A DNA stretch of 64,000 bases from Octopus sinensis (lineage: Eukaryota). Shown piece after piece: positions 41,101-52,660 of this stretch (positions are counted from its first letter, which is position 1; every line of letters starts with the position of its first letter). The stretch spans positions 19,282,001 through 19,346,000 of the forward strand of contig NC_043022.1 of NCBI RefSeq assembly GCF_006345805.1, given 5' to 3'. The notes beneath the pieces are model-generated. The model did not search any database and was not told the origin of the DNA. It was given only the letters and a program-made list of their open reading frames with translations. The translations under genes and the position numbers were made by a program.

Positions 41101-43341
41101 TCTCCTATAGTATATGATTTAGCCTTACTAATTATTGCCCAAGATAAATTATAATAAATTTTTTGGGATTTAAGTCCCCAAATATACTTGCTAAGTCCAG
41201 TGGAGTTAATTAAGTTTTTATTTTTAAATGAATGCATATGCTGTGCGATTCTTAATTTTATTTTAGAGGAAGTGGACCCTATATATATCGCGTTTGAGTT
41301 ATTATTATTATTATTATTCTCATCATATAATGTAACTATACATTTATACACTACATCGTTAATATCACATTTATTATTTAATATGCATTTAGTTTTATCT
41401 CTACATGTACAGTTAATTAGTGTCTTATCTTTTTTATTATTGGTATTATTATATAATTTATTTTTATAAAAATTATTCAGCTTAAATTTGTTAAAAGAAG
41501 AAATAATGTTACCTACACTATTAGTGGTAGAATAACTTACTCCAAAATTATTACGAGAGAAAATGTTTTTATATTTACGATTATCTCGAATAAATAGTTC
41601 AAAAATATCTAAAATCTCTTTAATAATGTTCGTTTTAACTTGAGCGACATAAGGAACTATTAACCAAATTTTATTCTTATTTTCCTTCTTCTTATTATTA
41701 AAACTGTCATCATTATTGTTACCATTATTATCATTATATTTCTTTATCATATTATTATTATTATTATTATTAGTTTTAAATTTATAATTAACATTTAAAG
41801 AATTATTAAAGTTATTATTTTTATTTTTATTTTTATTCTTATTTTTATTTATATTAATTTTATTTTTATAATTTCTAAGATTATTACCATTATTACTAAC
41901 AAAATTATTATAATTATTATTAATATTTTTATCTCTAATATTAATAGTTTTATCTTTATTTTTAATAAAAAATGTAATATTACTATTATAACCTGCCTCT
42001 CTAAGGGCCTCATTGTAATAAGGAGCATGTTTATTAAAAATCTCTAAATCATAAGAAAGTAATGATATACGTTTACTTATATTATTAATCAACGATTTTT
42101 TAATTGATGGTGGGTGATTACTATTAACATTTATATATCTAAGGTTCTCATTAAGTTTATGATATGGAAGCCTGAACAACAAACTGAAAAACACAAAGGA
42201 TTGAAGAGATAAAATGGTTAAGAACTGAATTGTGTATGGAAATCTAAGCCTATTTGCAAACTCTCACAGGAAAAGAGAACATACAAAAAACCACAGAAAA
42301 AACGGAAACATATAACAAAAGTGCCAAACGGTAATGGTTATCAATATTTAGAAGAGATTAAAATAGAGGCGTAGGAGTGACTGTGTGGTAAGTAGCTTGC
42401 TTACGAACCACATGGTTCCGGGTTCAGTCCCACTGCGTGGCACCTTGGGCAAGTGTCTTCTACTATAGCCTCGGGCCACCAAAGCCTTGTGAGTGGATTT
42501 TAGTAGACGGAAACTGAAAGAAGCCCGTCGTATATATGTATATATATATGTGTGTATATTTGTGTGTTGTGTTTGTCCCCCACCCAACATTGCTTGACAA
42601 CCGATGCTGGTGTGTTTACGTCCGCATCACTTAGCGGTTCGACAAAAGAGACCGATAGAATAAGTACTAGGCTTACAAAGAATAAGAAATTGGTTTCCTC
42701 GACTGAAGGCAGTGCTCCAGCATGGCCTCAGTCAAATGACTGAAACAAGTAACTGAGAGGAAATATAGAAGGATTAGCCAGGGAATTATCAGTGTCAGAC
42801 ATTATAATTTGTAACTTACGTAATTTATATTCTCAGTTAATACTGTCGCCAATTGGTTCATTAATGGAGCTGCGGCATCGTATAATGGAAGAAAGTCCTG
42901 CAATGCATAGATGGCATTTGTTGTTAGAACGGTTCTATGGTTTGGCATGGGTAACAATGGACTATTTTAAACTGAATAAAACTGAGTAAAGTTTTAGCTT
43001 ATCAATGAGTCGAGATTGAGAAGTACTTTTAGTTTTTGCTATATATGTATAGTGTATAGCGTTGTTATAGTTAGGATCAACAGAAAAATTATTCTAGTAA
43101 GAGATAAATATAATTTAATGTTCAGAAAATTTTTTAAAGCGCTTCTAATAGTTTCATGCTGTAGAGATTCAATAATTTTGCAGTTTTATATAACATACCA
43201 CATGTCCCCATGCAATCTTTGAAACATGTTATATAAATCTGCCGAATTATTGTACCTCTAAAGCATGAAACAGTTAGTAGTTGTTTTTAATTTTCTATAT
43301 AATAAATGGTATGTGTGTGTTTGTGGGCATGTGTATTAGTG

Positions 43342-43387
<46 letters not shown>

Positions 43388-44094
43388 ATATTATATATAT
43401 ATATATATTATATATATATATATGTGTGTGTGGTGTGTGTGTGTGTGTGTGTGTATGTGTATTGACAGGGCAAGACTGCTAGGTAGTCGGCCGCATGCTA
43501 GAAATAGATCATCAACGATCAAACTACAAAGAATTCTGTTTTTTATATAAATTTTCATCTGTCCTGCCCGCCAAATTTGATTCTGATGTTCGCTAAATTT
43601 TCCTCTAGGAACATTCTTTGTAGTTTGAGCGTTGATGATCTATTTCTAGCATTCGGCCGACTACCTATGAGTCTTGCCCTTTCAATATACACATGTATTA
43701 GAATTTTTCTCTGATTTTTCAGATTTTTGAAAGCTAGACTACTGGTTTTAAATTGAAATTAAAATTAATATCAATTCATCTCCCTCATTATTTAAATATA
43801 TATATATATGTAAATGTAAAAAAATACAAACTGGGAGAAGAACGTGAAACATTTAGAAGACGATACAAAAAACGGACGGGACATTCGAAGCCTTCAATCT
43901 TCAGTCAAGAACCGGATCACCTTCGCAATTTCGGCTGATTAATCTTGAGATTGCTCCGATCTGGCCAGCCCCAATGGAAAATCTAAGCCAAGCGCATTAG
44001 ATTCCTTGGAAGAAAGACTCGAATGTATACAAAACAAGGACAGAAAAACCGGACGATGTTACACGAATAAAAATACAAAAATACGTAAAAACAC

Positions 44095-44133
<39 letters not shown>

Positions 44134-44559
44134 ATCTATTTTAATTTACTTACCTGTAAGACTTTATCCTTTTCAAGGAGCATTAAGCTTGGCCTTGTTG
44201 CAACGTCTAATTTAAATTCTAAATAACTTGGCTTTGTTGCATCGTCTAATTCAAATTCAGTGTTGAAACACTTTTGACCGTTTCCACCTGTTAGGTTTAC
44301 ATATTTAATCTTGTCCAAAGAAATGCGAACAAAGTTGTGTTCGTCACGAGAACAAAGGACTATATTCCACTTTGTGGCCGCGTGGGTACCTAGAATATAG
44401 TTTAGAAAAAAAGGGAAACATTTTATGAATTACTTTTAAGCTTCAAAATAATTTTACAATGTGACTAGTTATACTAGTGTACTATAACTGGTTACAGAAC
44501 TTACCAATGAAATGGGGGGAAATAATGAGGAAAATACTCCAATACGGAAGAAGAAGCAT
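25579..44559 (-). CDS. Paralog P2, spliced gene: signal peptide plus at least four PLAT/LH2-like domains. Coding exons 44505-44559, 44154-44389, 37251-37341, 35225-35430, 33676-33775, 30458-30690, 29365-29458, 27146-27372, 25579-25678; 3' end unresolved
   Basis: Nine exons with canonical AG/GT sites chain in frame with alternating phases and no stop codons. Each exon pair gives a roughly 100-110 aa unit starting xxxW-x-hydrophobic and ending in a PLAT-like strand pattern (e.g. [19 protein letters not shown]). Confidence 0.82.
27146..27372 (-). CDS. P2 exon 8: [76 protein letters not shown]
   Basis: Acceptor atatttcag, donor GTAAAT, 227 nt, phase 1 to 0. Confidence 0.75.
27700..28900 (+). mobile_element. 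Decayed PLE reverse transcriptase ([32 protein letters not shown]), interrupted by the NUMT
   Basis: Recognisable PLE RT motifs with stops and frameshifts. Confidence 0.85.
28509..28742 (+). pseudogene. nad1: NUMT: mitochondrial nad1 3' end (stop at 28690-28692) plus partial trnP
   Basis: In invertebrate mitochondrial code it reads [47 protein letters not shown]. It is followed by caaaaaatagtttaa and the anticodon arm ATAAC-ATTGGAA-GTTAT (TGG = Pro). Confidence 0.85.
29365..29458 (-). CDS. P2 exon 7: [32 protein letters not shown]
   Basis: Acceptor atttttcag, donor GTAAGA, 94 nt. Most PLAT-like C-terminal strand (V.V...TGEEY). Confidence 0.8.
30458..30690 (-). CDS. P2 exon 6: [78 protein letters not shown]
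   Basis: Acceptor ttcttctctag, donor GTAAGT, 233 nt, phase 1 to 0. Confidence 0.8.
30760..31162 (+). repeat. Dimer of the same CORE-type SINE
   Basis: Two units joined at aaagaaata|ggtatttcg near 30977. Confidence 0.85.
31860..32345 (-). mobile_element. RTE-type LINE, C-terminal RT fragment
   Basis: [41 protein letters not shown] pattern. Confidence 0.75.
33676..33775 (-). CDS. P2 exon 5: [34 protein letters not shown]
   Basis: Strong acceptor, donor GTAAGT, 100 nt. Confidence 0.8.
34420..34620 (-). mobile_element. PLE GIY-YIG fragment ([31 protein letters not shown])
   Basis: Minus-strand translation parallels the 41 kb endonuclease. Confidence 0.7.
35225..35430 (-). CDS. P2 exon 4: [69 protein letters not shown]
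   Basis: Acceptor tttatttctag, donor GTGAGC, 206 nt. Confidence 0.8.
37251..37341 (-). CDS. P2 exon 3: [30 protein letters not shown]
   Basis: Acceptor tttatcttag, donor GTACGC, 91 nt. Confidence 0.75.
38140..40050. mobile_element. AT-rich PLE-associated segment (pLTR-like part with a hammerhead-like motif on the minus strand at 38611-38710)
   Basis: Inserted next to (TA)n. Homologous to 11830-13400 and 59600-59780, and adjacent to the PLE ORF. Confidence 0.5.
40959..42172 (-). mobile_element. 5'-truncated Penelope-like element: RT thumb ([10 protein letters not shown]), linker, CxCx5Cx5C motif and GIY-YIG endonuclease (VVYKC..AIYIGST..RIAQH..CYLC..KCRH)
   Basis: ORF 40959..42194. Its first few codons are host intron sequence, shared with P3 near 59090-59110. 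Confidence 0.9.
43461..43686. mobile_element. MITE-like element with imperfect terminal inverted repeats of about 75 bp
   Basis: attgacagggcaagact..actacaaagaat versus attctttgtagt..gagtcttgccctttcaat. Absent at the equivalent P3 position. Confidence 0.6.
44154..44389 (-). CDS. P2 exon 2: [79 protein letters not shown]
   Basis: Acceptor tattctag, donor GTAAGT, 236 nt, phase 1 to 0. Confidence 0.82.
44505..44559 (-). CDS. P2 exon 1: signal peptide [19 protein letters not shown]
   Basis: ATG, hydrophobic stretch, GTAAGT donor. 5'UTR acceptor at 44713-44714. Confidence 0.82.
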
Positions 44560-45290
44560 GGTTGGAGATGGAAAGAATTGGTTAGCCTTGAGAATTGGTG
44601 ATTTTTCCTTTATAAAGGTCTTTTGCAAAGAATAAGGGATTTCTATATCAAATGTTCTTGAGATGAATTGTCTTTAATTTCTTTTCATTTATCTGTTCAG
44701 CTGTTTTATAAACTGCAAAACACAAAAACAGAATATTGTCACATGTCAGTTGATATTTTAAACCGTTGAATAATTCTTGTTTTATAATTCTTACAATGTC
44801 AAATTCTGGTTAAAAAAAGAAACGAAGAACAATCTTTTCGAGAAGCAGCTTTATCATTCATTCATCTTGTGGTTTGACCAGCCCGCAGCTACTACCTCTG
44901 TGGACGGCTTTTATAGCCAATTAAGTGAAATAAAGTAGCTTGCTTACCAACCACATAGATCCGGGTTCAGTTCCACTGCGTGGCACTTTGTGCAAGTGTC
45001 TACTGCTACAGCCTCGGGCCGACCAAAGACTTGTGAGTGGATTTGGTAGACGGAAACTGAAAAGAAGCCTGTTGTATACACACACACACACCACACACAC
45101 ACACACCATATATATATATAAAATTAATCCAAACAAGAAAACACAAAAAAACACAACAACGCGTGGACGTGGAACAAATATAGTATTATTGGACGCTCAT
45201 GAAAGAAGGAATGAAGGAGGGTTTAACGTTTCGAGCGGAGCTCTTCCTCGGAAACATAGAAGAAAAGATCCAGAGAAGGGAAAACAGAGG

Positions 45291-45345
<55 letters not shown>

Positions 45346-46732
45346 TCCCCCATAACATCGCTTGACAACCAATGCTGGTGTGTTTACGTCCCCGAAACTA
45401 GTGGTTCGGCAAAAGAGACCGATAGAATTATGATAATGAAAATTACTGTATACATTGCTCAGGTGCACCACAACTTGTCAAAAGTGCGTATAAAGTACAT
45501 GCAGTAATGTACAATAAGGATAATATTAATGATACGATAATGAATCAGAATATAAATGAGAATAACAGTATTGGATTATTCTCCTTTTGCTGATGTCTCA
45601 GGTTTTCTCTTTTCCTAAATATATGGATTCTCGAGTGTGAGACACAAATTCATAAAAGATTTCTGAAAATCCCGAAAACTAAAAACGTTACGAGGGGTTA
45701 TACAGAATTTTTGCTATCGTTTAGCCATGCGGATCTCTAGGTCACTCGATGCATGACCCTAAAACTTGCATATTATATTTTTATCTGAAAGTAGGAAAAT
45801 GAATAGTGTGTTTATAAGGGAATGTGAATGAAGTGTTGAAAGGAATATTGCGGGTGCGAGTGCAAGCATTTAAAGTGTCATAAGAAAACAGTGGGAATAT
45901 TCAAACAGCAGAGAGGAAAAAACTGGAAGCGTTCAAACAAAAAAAATGCAAATACAATGCAGTAAAAAAACCCAGGATTATCAAATAGGCATTCGAATGA
46001 GAACTGGTGACCGGTCAGTGTTGGTAAGGATCTCCATATCATCACTTTTGTGAAGTATGTTAATATCACCGTGTTTGTATCTCTCAAAAGAAACAAAAAT
46101 TATCCAAAAATTTGATCCCTACAAATGCCATTTTCTTCATAGGTGGTTCTACCAGGTTTAGCTGATTTCTTTCCTTTCTACTGATTCCATTGAAGAACAC
46201 AAGAGACAAAGCTTGCAATTCACAGAGGAATGGTAAGTTATGACAATGTTATCAGTTGTATATGCACAGCAAACTTGCCTAACTCCTTCGTAGTAGCATA
46301 ACCCTTATTAACATTAGATTAACCCCCTGAACATTAGCTTAACTCCTTAGCAATAGCTTAACCACTTGGCTAATTAATTGCATATTCATCTACCTCGTTT
46401 TGAATTGATCATGTATTATCTCATACTCTTGAGATTTTGTCGCTGGGATTGTTAATTTTTAGAATGACAGTGTAGGGTCAGTATGAAAGGCCGAATTTGT
46501 CTGGGCTAAATGCTAACGAATGAAAGTGAATACAAAATAACAATCTGTTCTACTATGGGCAGAAGGTCTGATATTTTGGAGTGGAAGCTAGTTAATTACA
46601 TCGACCCCAGTACGCAGCTGAATAATGTGTTTGTGGGGGCATGTGAGTGAAATGCTCAAACGAATATTGTGGGTGAGTGTGCAAGCATTTAAAACAGCGA
46701 AAGTCTAATAAGAGAACAGTGGGAATAATAGG

Positions 46733-46763
<31 letters not shown>

Positions 46764-46954
46764 CTAGAGATAGAGAGAGGGAGGCAGAGATGTGGCTAGG
46801 TGGTACGTAGCTTGCTTACCAACCATATAGTTCTGGGTTCAGTCCCACTGCATGGCACCTTAGGCAAGTCTCTTCTACTATAGCCTCAGGCCGACCTAAG
46901 CCTTGTGAGTGGATTTGGCAGACAGAAACTGAAAGAAGCCCGTCGTATATGTAC

Positions 46955-46996
<42 letters not shown>

Positions 46997-47204
46997 TTGT
47001 GTGTTTATGCTTCTGTGCTTGTTCCCCACTATCGCTTGACAACCGTTGCTAGTGTGTTTAGGACCCCGTAAATTAGTATTTCGGCAAAAGGGGGGATGGA
47101 ATAAGTACTAGGCTACAAAAATAAGTCGTGGGATTGATTTACAAATGACTGAAACAAATAAAAGGATAAAACAGTAGATGGATATATATAAATATTATAT
47201 ATAT

Positions 47205-47249
<45 letters not shown>

Positions 47250-47252
<3 letters not shown>

Positions 47253-47592
47253 GTAAAGACCCCTTTCGCTCATGAATGACCATGGGATTGCACCTAGAAA
47301 GTTACCCTCCTAGACACAAGTCCAGGCAAGGTTGTTTTTATGGAAGACCAGCAGTCGCCCATGCATACCGGCCTCCCCTCTCCACGCGACCAGTGTTATC
47401 CAAGGGAAAGACAAAGGTCGATACAGCTTGGCACCAGTGACGTCGCAACTCATTTCTACAGCTGAGTGAACTGGAGCAACGTGAAATAAAGTGCTTTGCT
47501 CAAGAATACAACACGCAGCCCGGTCCGGGATTCGAGCTCACAACCTCACGATCGTAAACTCGACGCTCTAACCACTGAGCCATGCGCCTTCA
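47250..47592 (-). mobile_element. tRNA-derived SINE of a further family
   Basis: Minus-strand head gaaggcgcatggctcagtggttagagcgtcgagtttacgatcgtgagg..tcgaatcccgg. Confidence 0.7.
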
Positions 47593-47709
47593 CTATATAT
47601 ATATATATAATAGTATATATATATATCATATATATATTATATATATATACACACATACATATATATACTACACATAATATATAATGAATATATATATACT
47701 TACATATAT

Positions 47710-47762
<53 letters not shown>

Positions 47763-48090
47763 GTATATATATATATATTTATTATATATATATGTATGTA
47801 TATAACGGGAAGCTTTACGAAAGTAAACAAAGAAGAAGGCAGGTGTAGTACGAACAAACAATTGTATTAGTATGGCGCTCAGGGATAAAATAAAACAATC
47901 TTTTACGTTTCGAGCCTACGCTCTTCAACAGAAAGATACACACAAAAGAAACACGGAGAGAAACAAGGAGAGAAAAAATGCGTGCAGGAACTAACGATTC
48001 AACATGGCGGTCTATATATATAATATATATATATATTCTATATATATATATATTATATATATATATATTATATATATATATTATATATAT

Positions 48091-48138
<48 letters not shown>

Positions 48139-49539
48139 ATATACATATTGTGTAAACAAGATATTAATTGAGCATGTACTTGATATATCATGGTTAAAAT
48201 TATGGCTGGAATTCTGCTTACGTGTGCATTTTCTATGCTGTTGAATACGTGGTTGAGAATTTGGTGCTGTTCGTTTGGATGCTGTTATATATTTACTGCG
48301 TCGTCAGATCATCAAGAAAAATGAAATAGAAATAAATTCGACCGTATACAGATTTACTTTCAAAGCAATGTTCTAGTAAATCCCAAAATGATTCCAATTA
48401 TTCTGCCTCTGCCCGACCTTATATAAGGCTGCATGCTATGGTTCTGATTGGTCTTTAGCTGCGATATCAGTAGATCGTTCTACCAGAGTGGGACAGACGA
48501 TACTTAGATGAATTGGGTAGGTGTGTTAAGTGGTTGAATTGATATGCAGCGGTCTTATGTTTACTGAAGAAGTTCTCTTTGAATTCCTTCGTTTGTGCTA
48601 TTTTATATCGTCAACAAGAGCTATGGTAACTGTATGAAGGGGAGTTGTCATTATTAATCAAAGTTTGTCATCAAACTATGACAGCAGAGAAAGAGTAATA
48701 TCATGACCCGAAAACCATTCTACGTCTTTAGAAATGTTCTTCTGATTTAGCTGAGTCTCTCAGATTTTTTCTTGCTGACATAATAAATTGCATCTATGAA
48801 TGCAAGTATAAAGTTACAAAACATTTTCAAAAAATATCGAGGAATGACTTGTGATAAAAGAACAGTTGAAATGGGTATTGCTGAAAATGTTTGCACCTTC
48901 ACATTGTGGAGAGTGAACACTGGGCCGAAATTCTAATGTATATGTGGATGATATCTCCATTTCTATAAAACTGCCATTTTACAAAAAATGATTGGCATCG
49001 TATCATAAATTGATCCCCATAATTGAAACAGAAATCTACATCGAATCTCTGATTCCACATGAATTCAGAAGGGATGATCATGGGCTGCGAGATTTTATAT
49101 AGAAAACTGAAGATATTCAAGTTTTAAAGTTATTTCGGAAAAGGATTTCAGTCGGACAGCGGGGCTGGGATTGTATTTCTGTCTTGGGAACTGGTGACCG
49201 GTCAGCGTTGGTAAGCATCTCCATAGCATCCCTTTCGTAAAGTTAATTGAACTGAATTTTATATGGTTCATTTCCCAGTATGTTAATATCACCGTGTTTG
49301 TATCTCTCAAAAGAAAAAAAAAAATTATCCAAAAATTCGATCCCTACAAATACCACTTTCTTCATAGGTGGTTCTACCAGGTTTAGCTGATTTCTTTCCT
49401 TCCTACTGATTCCATTGAAGAACACAAGAGACAAAGCTTGCAATTCACAGAGGAATTGAAAGTTATAACAATGTTATCAGTTGTATATGCACAGCAAACT
49501 TGCTTGACCCCTTCGTAATAGCATAACATTTATTAAGAT

Positions 49540-49790
49540 TAGATTAACCCCTGAATATTAGTTTAACCCGTTGACAGTAGCTTAACCAGCTAACATTAAT
49601 CTAATCCTTGAATATTAGATTTACTGCTTAGCATTAGCTTAACACCTGAACATTAGTTTAAACCTTTAGCATTAGCTTAACCCCTGAACATTAATTTAAA
49701 CCCTCAGCATTAGCTTAACCCTTTAGCATTAGCTTAACCCCTTAGCATTAGCTTAACTCCTTAGCAATAGCTTAACCCCTTAGCAAATTG
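49540..49790. repeat. Minisatellite of about 19-20 bp (cattagcttaacccct-like); mirror copy at 53880-54130, shorter copies at about 46300-46380 and 55680-55740
   Basis: Direct inspection. Confidence 0.7.
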
Positions 49791-50198
49791 AATACATATA
49801 CTTTTACCTTGTTTTCAAATAGATAACGATAACACATAGTGCATCGTCCCAAACAATCAAGCGTGCACTGAGTTTTTCGCCCATACCTTGGTGACAGTTT
49901 ATCGTGGATAGCGAGTATAAATCTAAATTTTAAATATTCCTCTGAATATAGACCAAATTTTGTTTTTTGAATCAAGCACGAAGAGATTTCAGCTCAAGCA
50001 AATTTTTTCAACAATTTCTACAAAAAGTTTTCAGCATAAATTTTCGGAAAATATGCTCAAAAAGAAACAAAAAGATATTCAGTGAATCTTCTCAGCTTCA
50101 GAGAGATTTTGTATGAATGATGCAAGTTTTTCTAACCTTTTCGCTGAACTCACAAACTGACCGGTGAGAATAAAATGACCTGTTAATTTTCATCTCTA

Positions 50199-50245
<47 letters not shown>

Positions 50246-50380
50246 TATATATAATATATAATTAATATATATATTATCTATATCTATCTATATATATATA
50301 TAATATATCTATATATTAATCCAACAGAAAACAAAAATCAACAACCAAACGCGATCCACGTGAACAAATATAGTATTATC

Positions 50381-50481
<101 letters not shown>

Positions 50482-50511
50482 CCATCAATCCATCCATCCA
50501 TCCATCCATCC

Positions 50512-50576
<65 letters not shown>

Positions 50577-50600
50577 ATCCTCTATCTGTCTGTCTGTCTT

Positions 50601-50651
<51 letters not shown>

Positions 50652-50652
50652 T

Positions 50653-50692
<40 letters not shown>

Positions 50693-51173
50693 CATCCGAA
50701 CGTGCGATATAAATTATGCAATCTCAGGTTCAACCTGTTTCAAATAAGTACTGGCGCAGGAGTGGCTGTGTGGTAAGTAACTTGTTTACCAGCCACATGG
50801 TTCTGGTTTCAGATCCACTGCGTGGCACCTTGGGCAAGTGTCTTCTACTATAGCCTCAGGCCAACCAAAGCCTTGTGAGCGGATTTGGTGGACGGAAACT
50901 GAAAGAAGCCCGTTGTATATGTGTGTGTATATATAGATGTTTGTATATCTGTGTTTGTCCCCCTAGCATTGCTTGGCAACCGATGCTGGTGTGTTTATGT
51001 CCCCGTCACTTAGCGGTTCGGCAAAAGAGATCGATAGAATAAGTACTGGGCTTACAAAGAATAAGTCCCGGGGTTGAGTTGCTCGACTAAAGGCGGTGCT
51101 CTAGCATGGCCGCAGTCAAATGACTGAAACAAGTAAAAGAGTAAAAGAGAAAAGAGAGAGCTAATTCGATGGC

Positions 51174-51240
51174 CCATTAACTGATGAGATGCCGTTGTGG
51201 GTTTTTTCCACAACATCCGAAACCCGGAGTTTTATCATGG
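51174..51240 (+). ncRNA. Type-I hammerhead ribozyme motif
   Basis: ccattaa-CTGATGA-GAT..GTTGTGG ttttt CCACAAC ATC C-GAAA-C CCGGA GT-T-ttatcatgg. Confidence 0.6.
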
Positions 51241-51350
51241 CTACCGAATAATTGTCAGATATTATATTTACATATATATATCTTTACACACAAACACACA
51301 CACACATCACATACACCATACACACATACACACCACACACACAAACGCGC

Positions 51351-51450
<100 letters not shown>

Positions 51451-52319
51451 GAGAAATTTAAAAAGAATGTCGCAACAGAGAAGATGAATCTCGTTGATTT
51501 TGTTTTCTGTGCACAGTTTGTGACAGATCATGCCTTTTTCGCTAGGCTCATAATCCATTCGCGGGCCCATGAGAAACGATCCTGCACTAACTACTCTGTC
51601 TATATGTCTGTGTACACCTTTCAATGCCATGTATACCATAAGGTCTGCAAATCTAACGGAGGGCTCGAAAGACATTCTAAGATACACAAAGATCAGAATT
51701 TAACTGCAGGCCTTGGTGATCCAAATCAGATATGCAATCTATGTGGGTGTGAAGGAATTGTGTTTTTGAGAATGTGGACCTCGAATCACATAGAGCTATG
51801 AATATTTAAATATTGGATTGAAAAACTTTCTACGAGATCCACTGTTCCAGAAAAGGATTATTTCATGTACATATTCTTTTATTCTTTTACTTGCTTCAGT
51901 CAATTGATTGCGACCATGCTGGAGCACCGCCTTTAGACGAACAGGATTTATTCTTTGTAACTCCAGTACTTATTTTATCAGTCTCTTTCGTAAACACACT
52001 ATCATCGGTTGACATGCGATAGTGGGGGGAGAAACATGTATGTATGTATGTATGTATGTATGTATGTATGTATGTATGTATGTATGTATGTATGTGTGCA
52101 TGCATGCATGTATGTATGTATGTATGCATGTATGCATGCATGTAAACATGCACGCATGTATGTATGTTTGTATGTATGTATGTATATGTGCATGTATGTA
52201 TGTATGCATGCATGTATGTATATATATATATTTATATATAGGTATAAATATATATCGTTAAAGCATCTTCCTTTTACTTAGCAATCAAACTGCACAGTAG
52301 AAAACAAGTTGACCATACT

Positions 52320-52660
52320 CTCATTCAAGTTCTTCTAAGAAGTTTAAATTGGCGTCGTGCACATTTCGGCCAAATGCCGCTGAGTTTCCCGTGTTTCTGC
52401 AGTTGTTATTGGCATTTAGTAACATAGTGCCCCACTTTCTGAGAGTTGTGGCATACCGTCGAAGTAGGCACTGCAGTCCACCCTGTGTTTCGGACTGCCA
52501 TCCATCCCAACAAGTTGGGCGAAGTGCTGCTGAAACACCCCCACACAGCTGCTTGGGCCCGTGTACTATGCGCACATTTTGATCAACCAAAGACCGAAAT
52601 GTGGCTTTGATGACATGTTGCACCTCTGCCACTCGAGCAGTTTTCATCCCCTCTTCTTTA
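52320..52660 (-). mobile_element. Possible L1/Tx1-type ORF2 fragment
   Basis: A frame absent from the ORF track reads GVFQQHFAQLVG..FDGMPQLSE..PIT..E, resembling the L1/Tx1 region upstream of the RT. Confidence 0.4.

Noticed and set aside
42792-42989. Short ORF conserved in inverted copy (58297-58533)
   Set aside because: It is antisense to the host gene, and its conservation is explained by the segmental duplication.
49540-49790. aggggttaag-containing minisatellite as interstitial telomere
   Set aside because: The unit is about 19-20 bp and does not contain tandem TTAGGG.
51480-51790. C2H2-like motif (CHVYHKVCKSNGGLERHSKIH) as a zinc-finger gene
   Set aside because: Degenerate, with no linker array or splice signals found; more likely a decayed LINE C-terminal finger.
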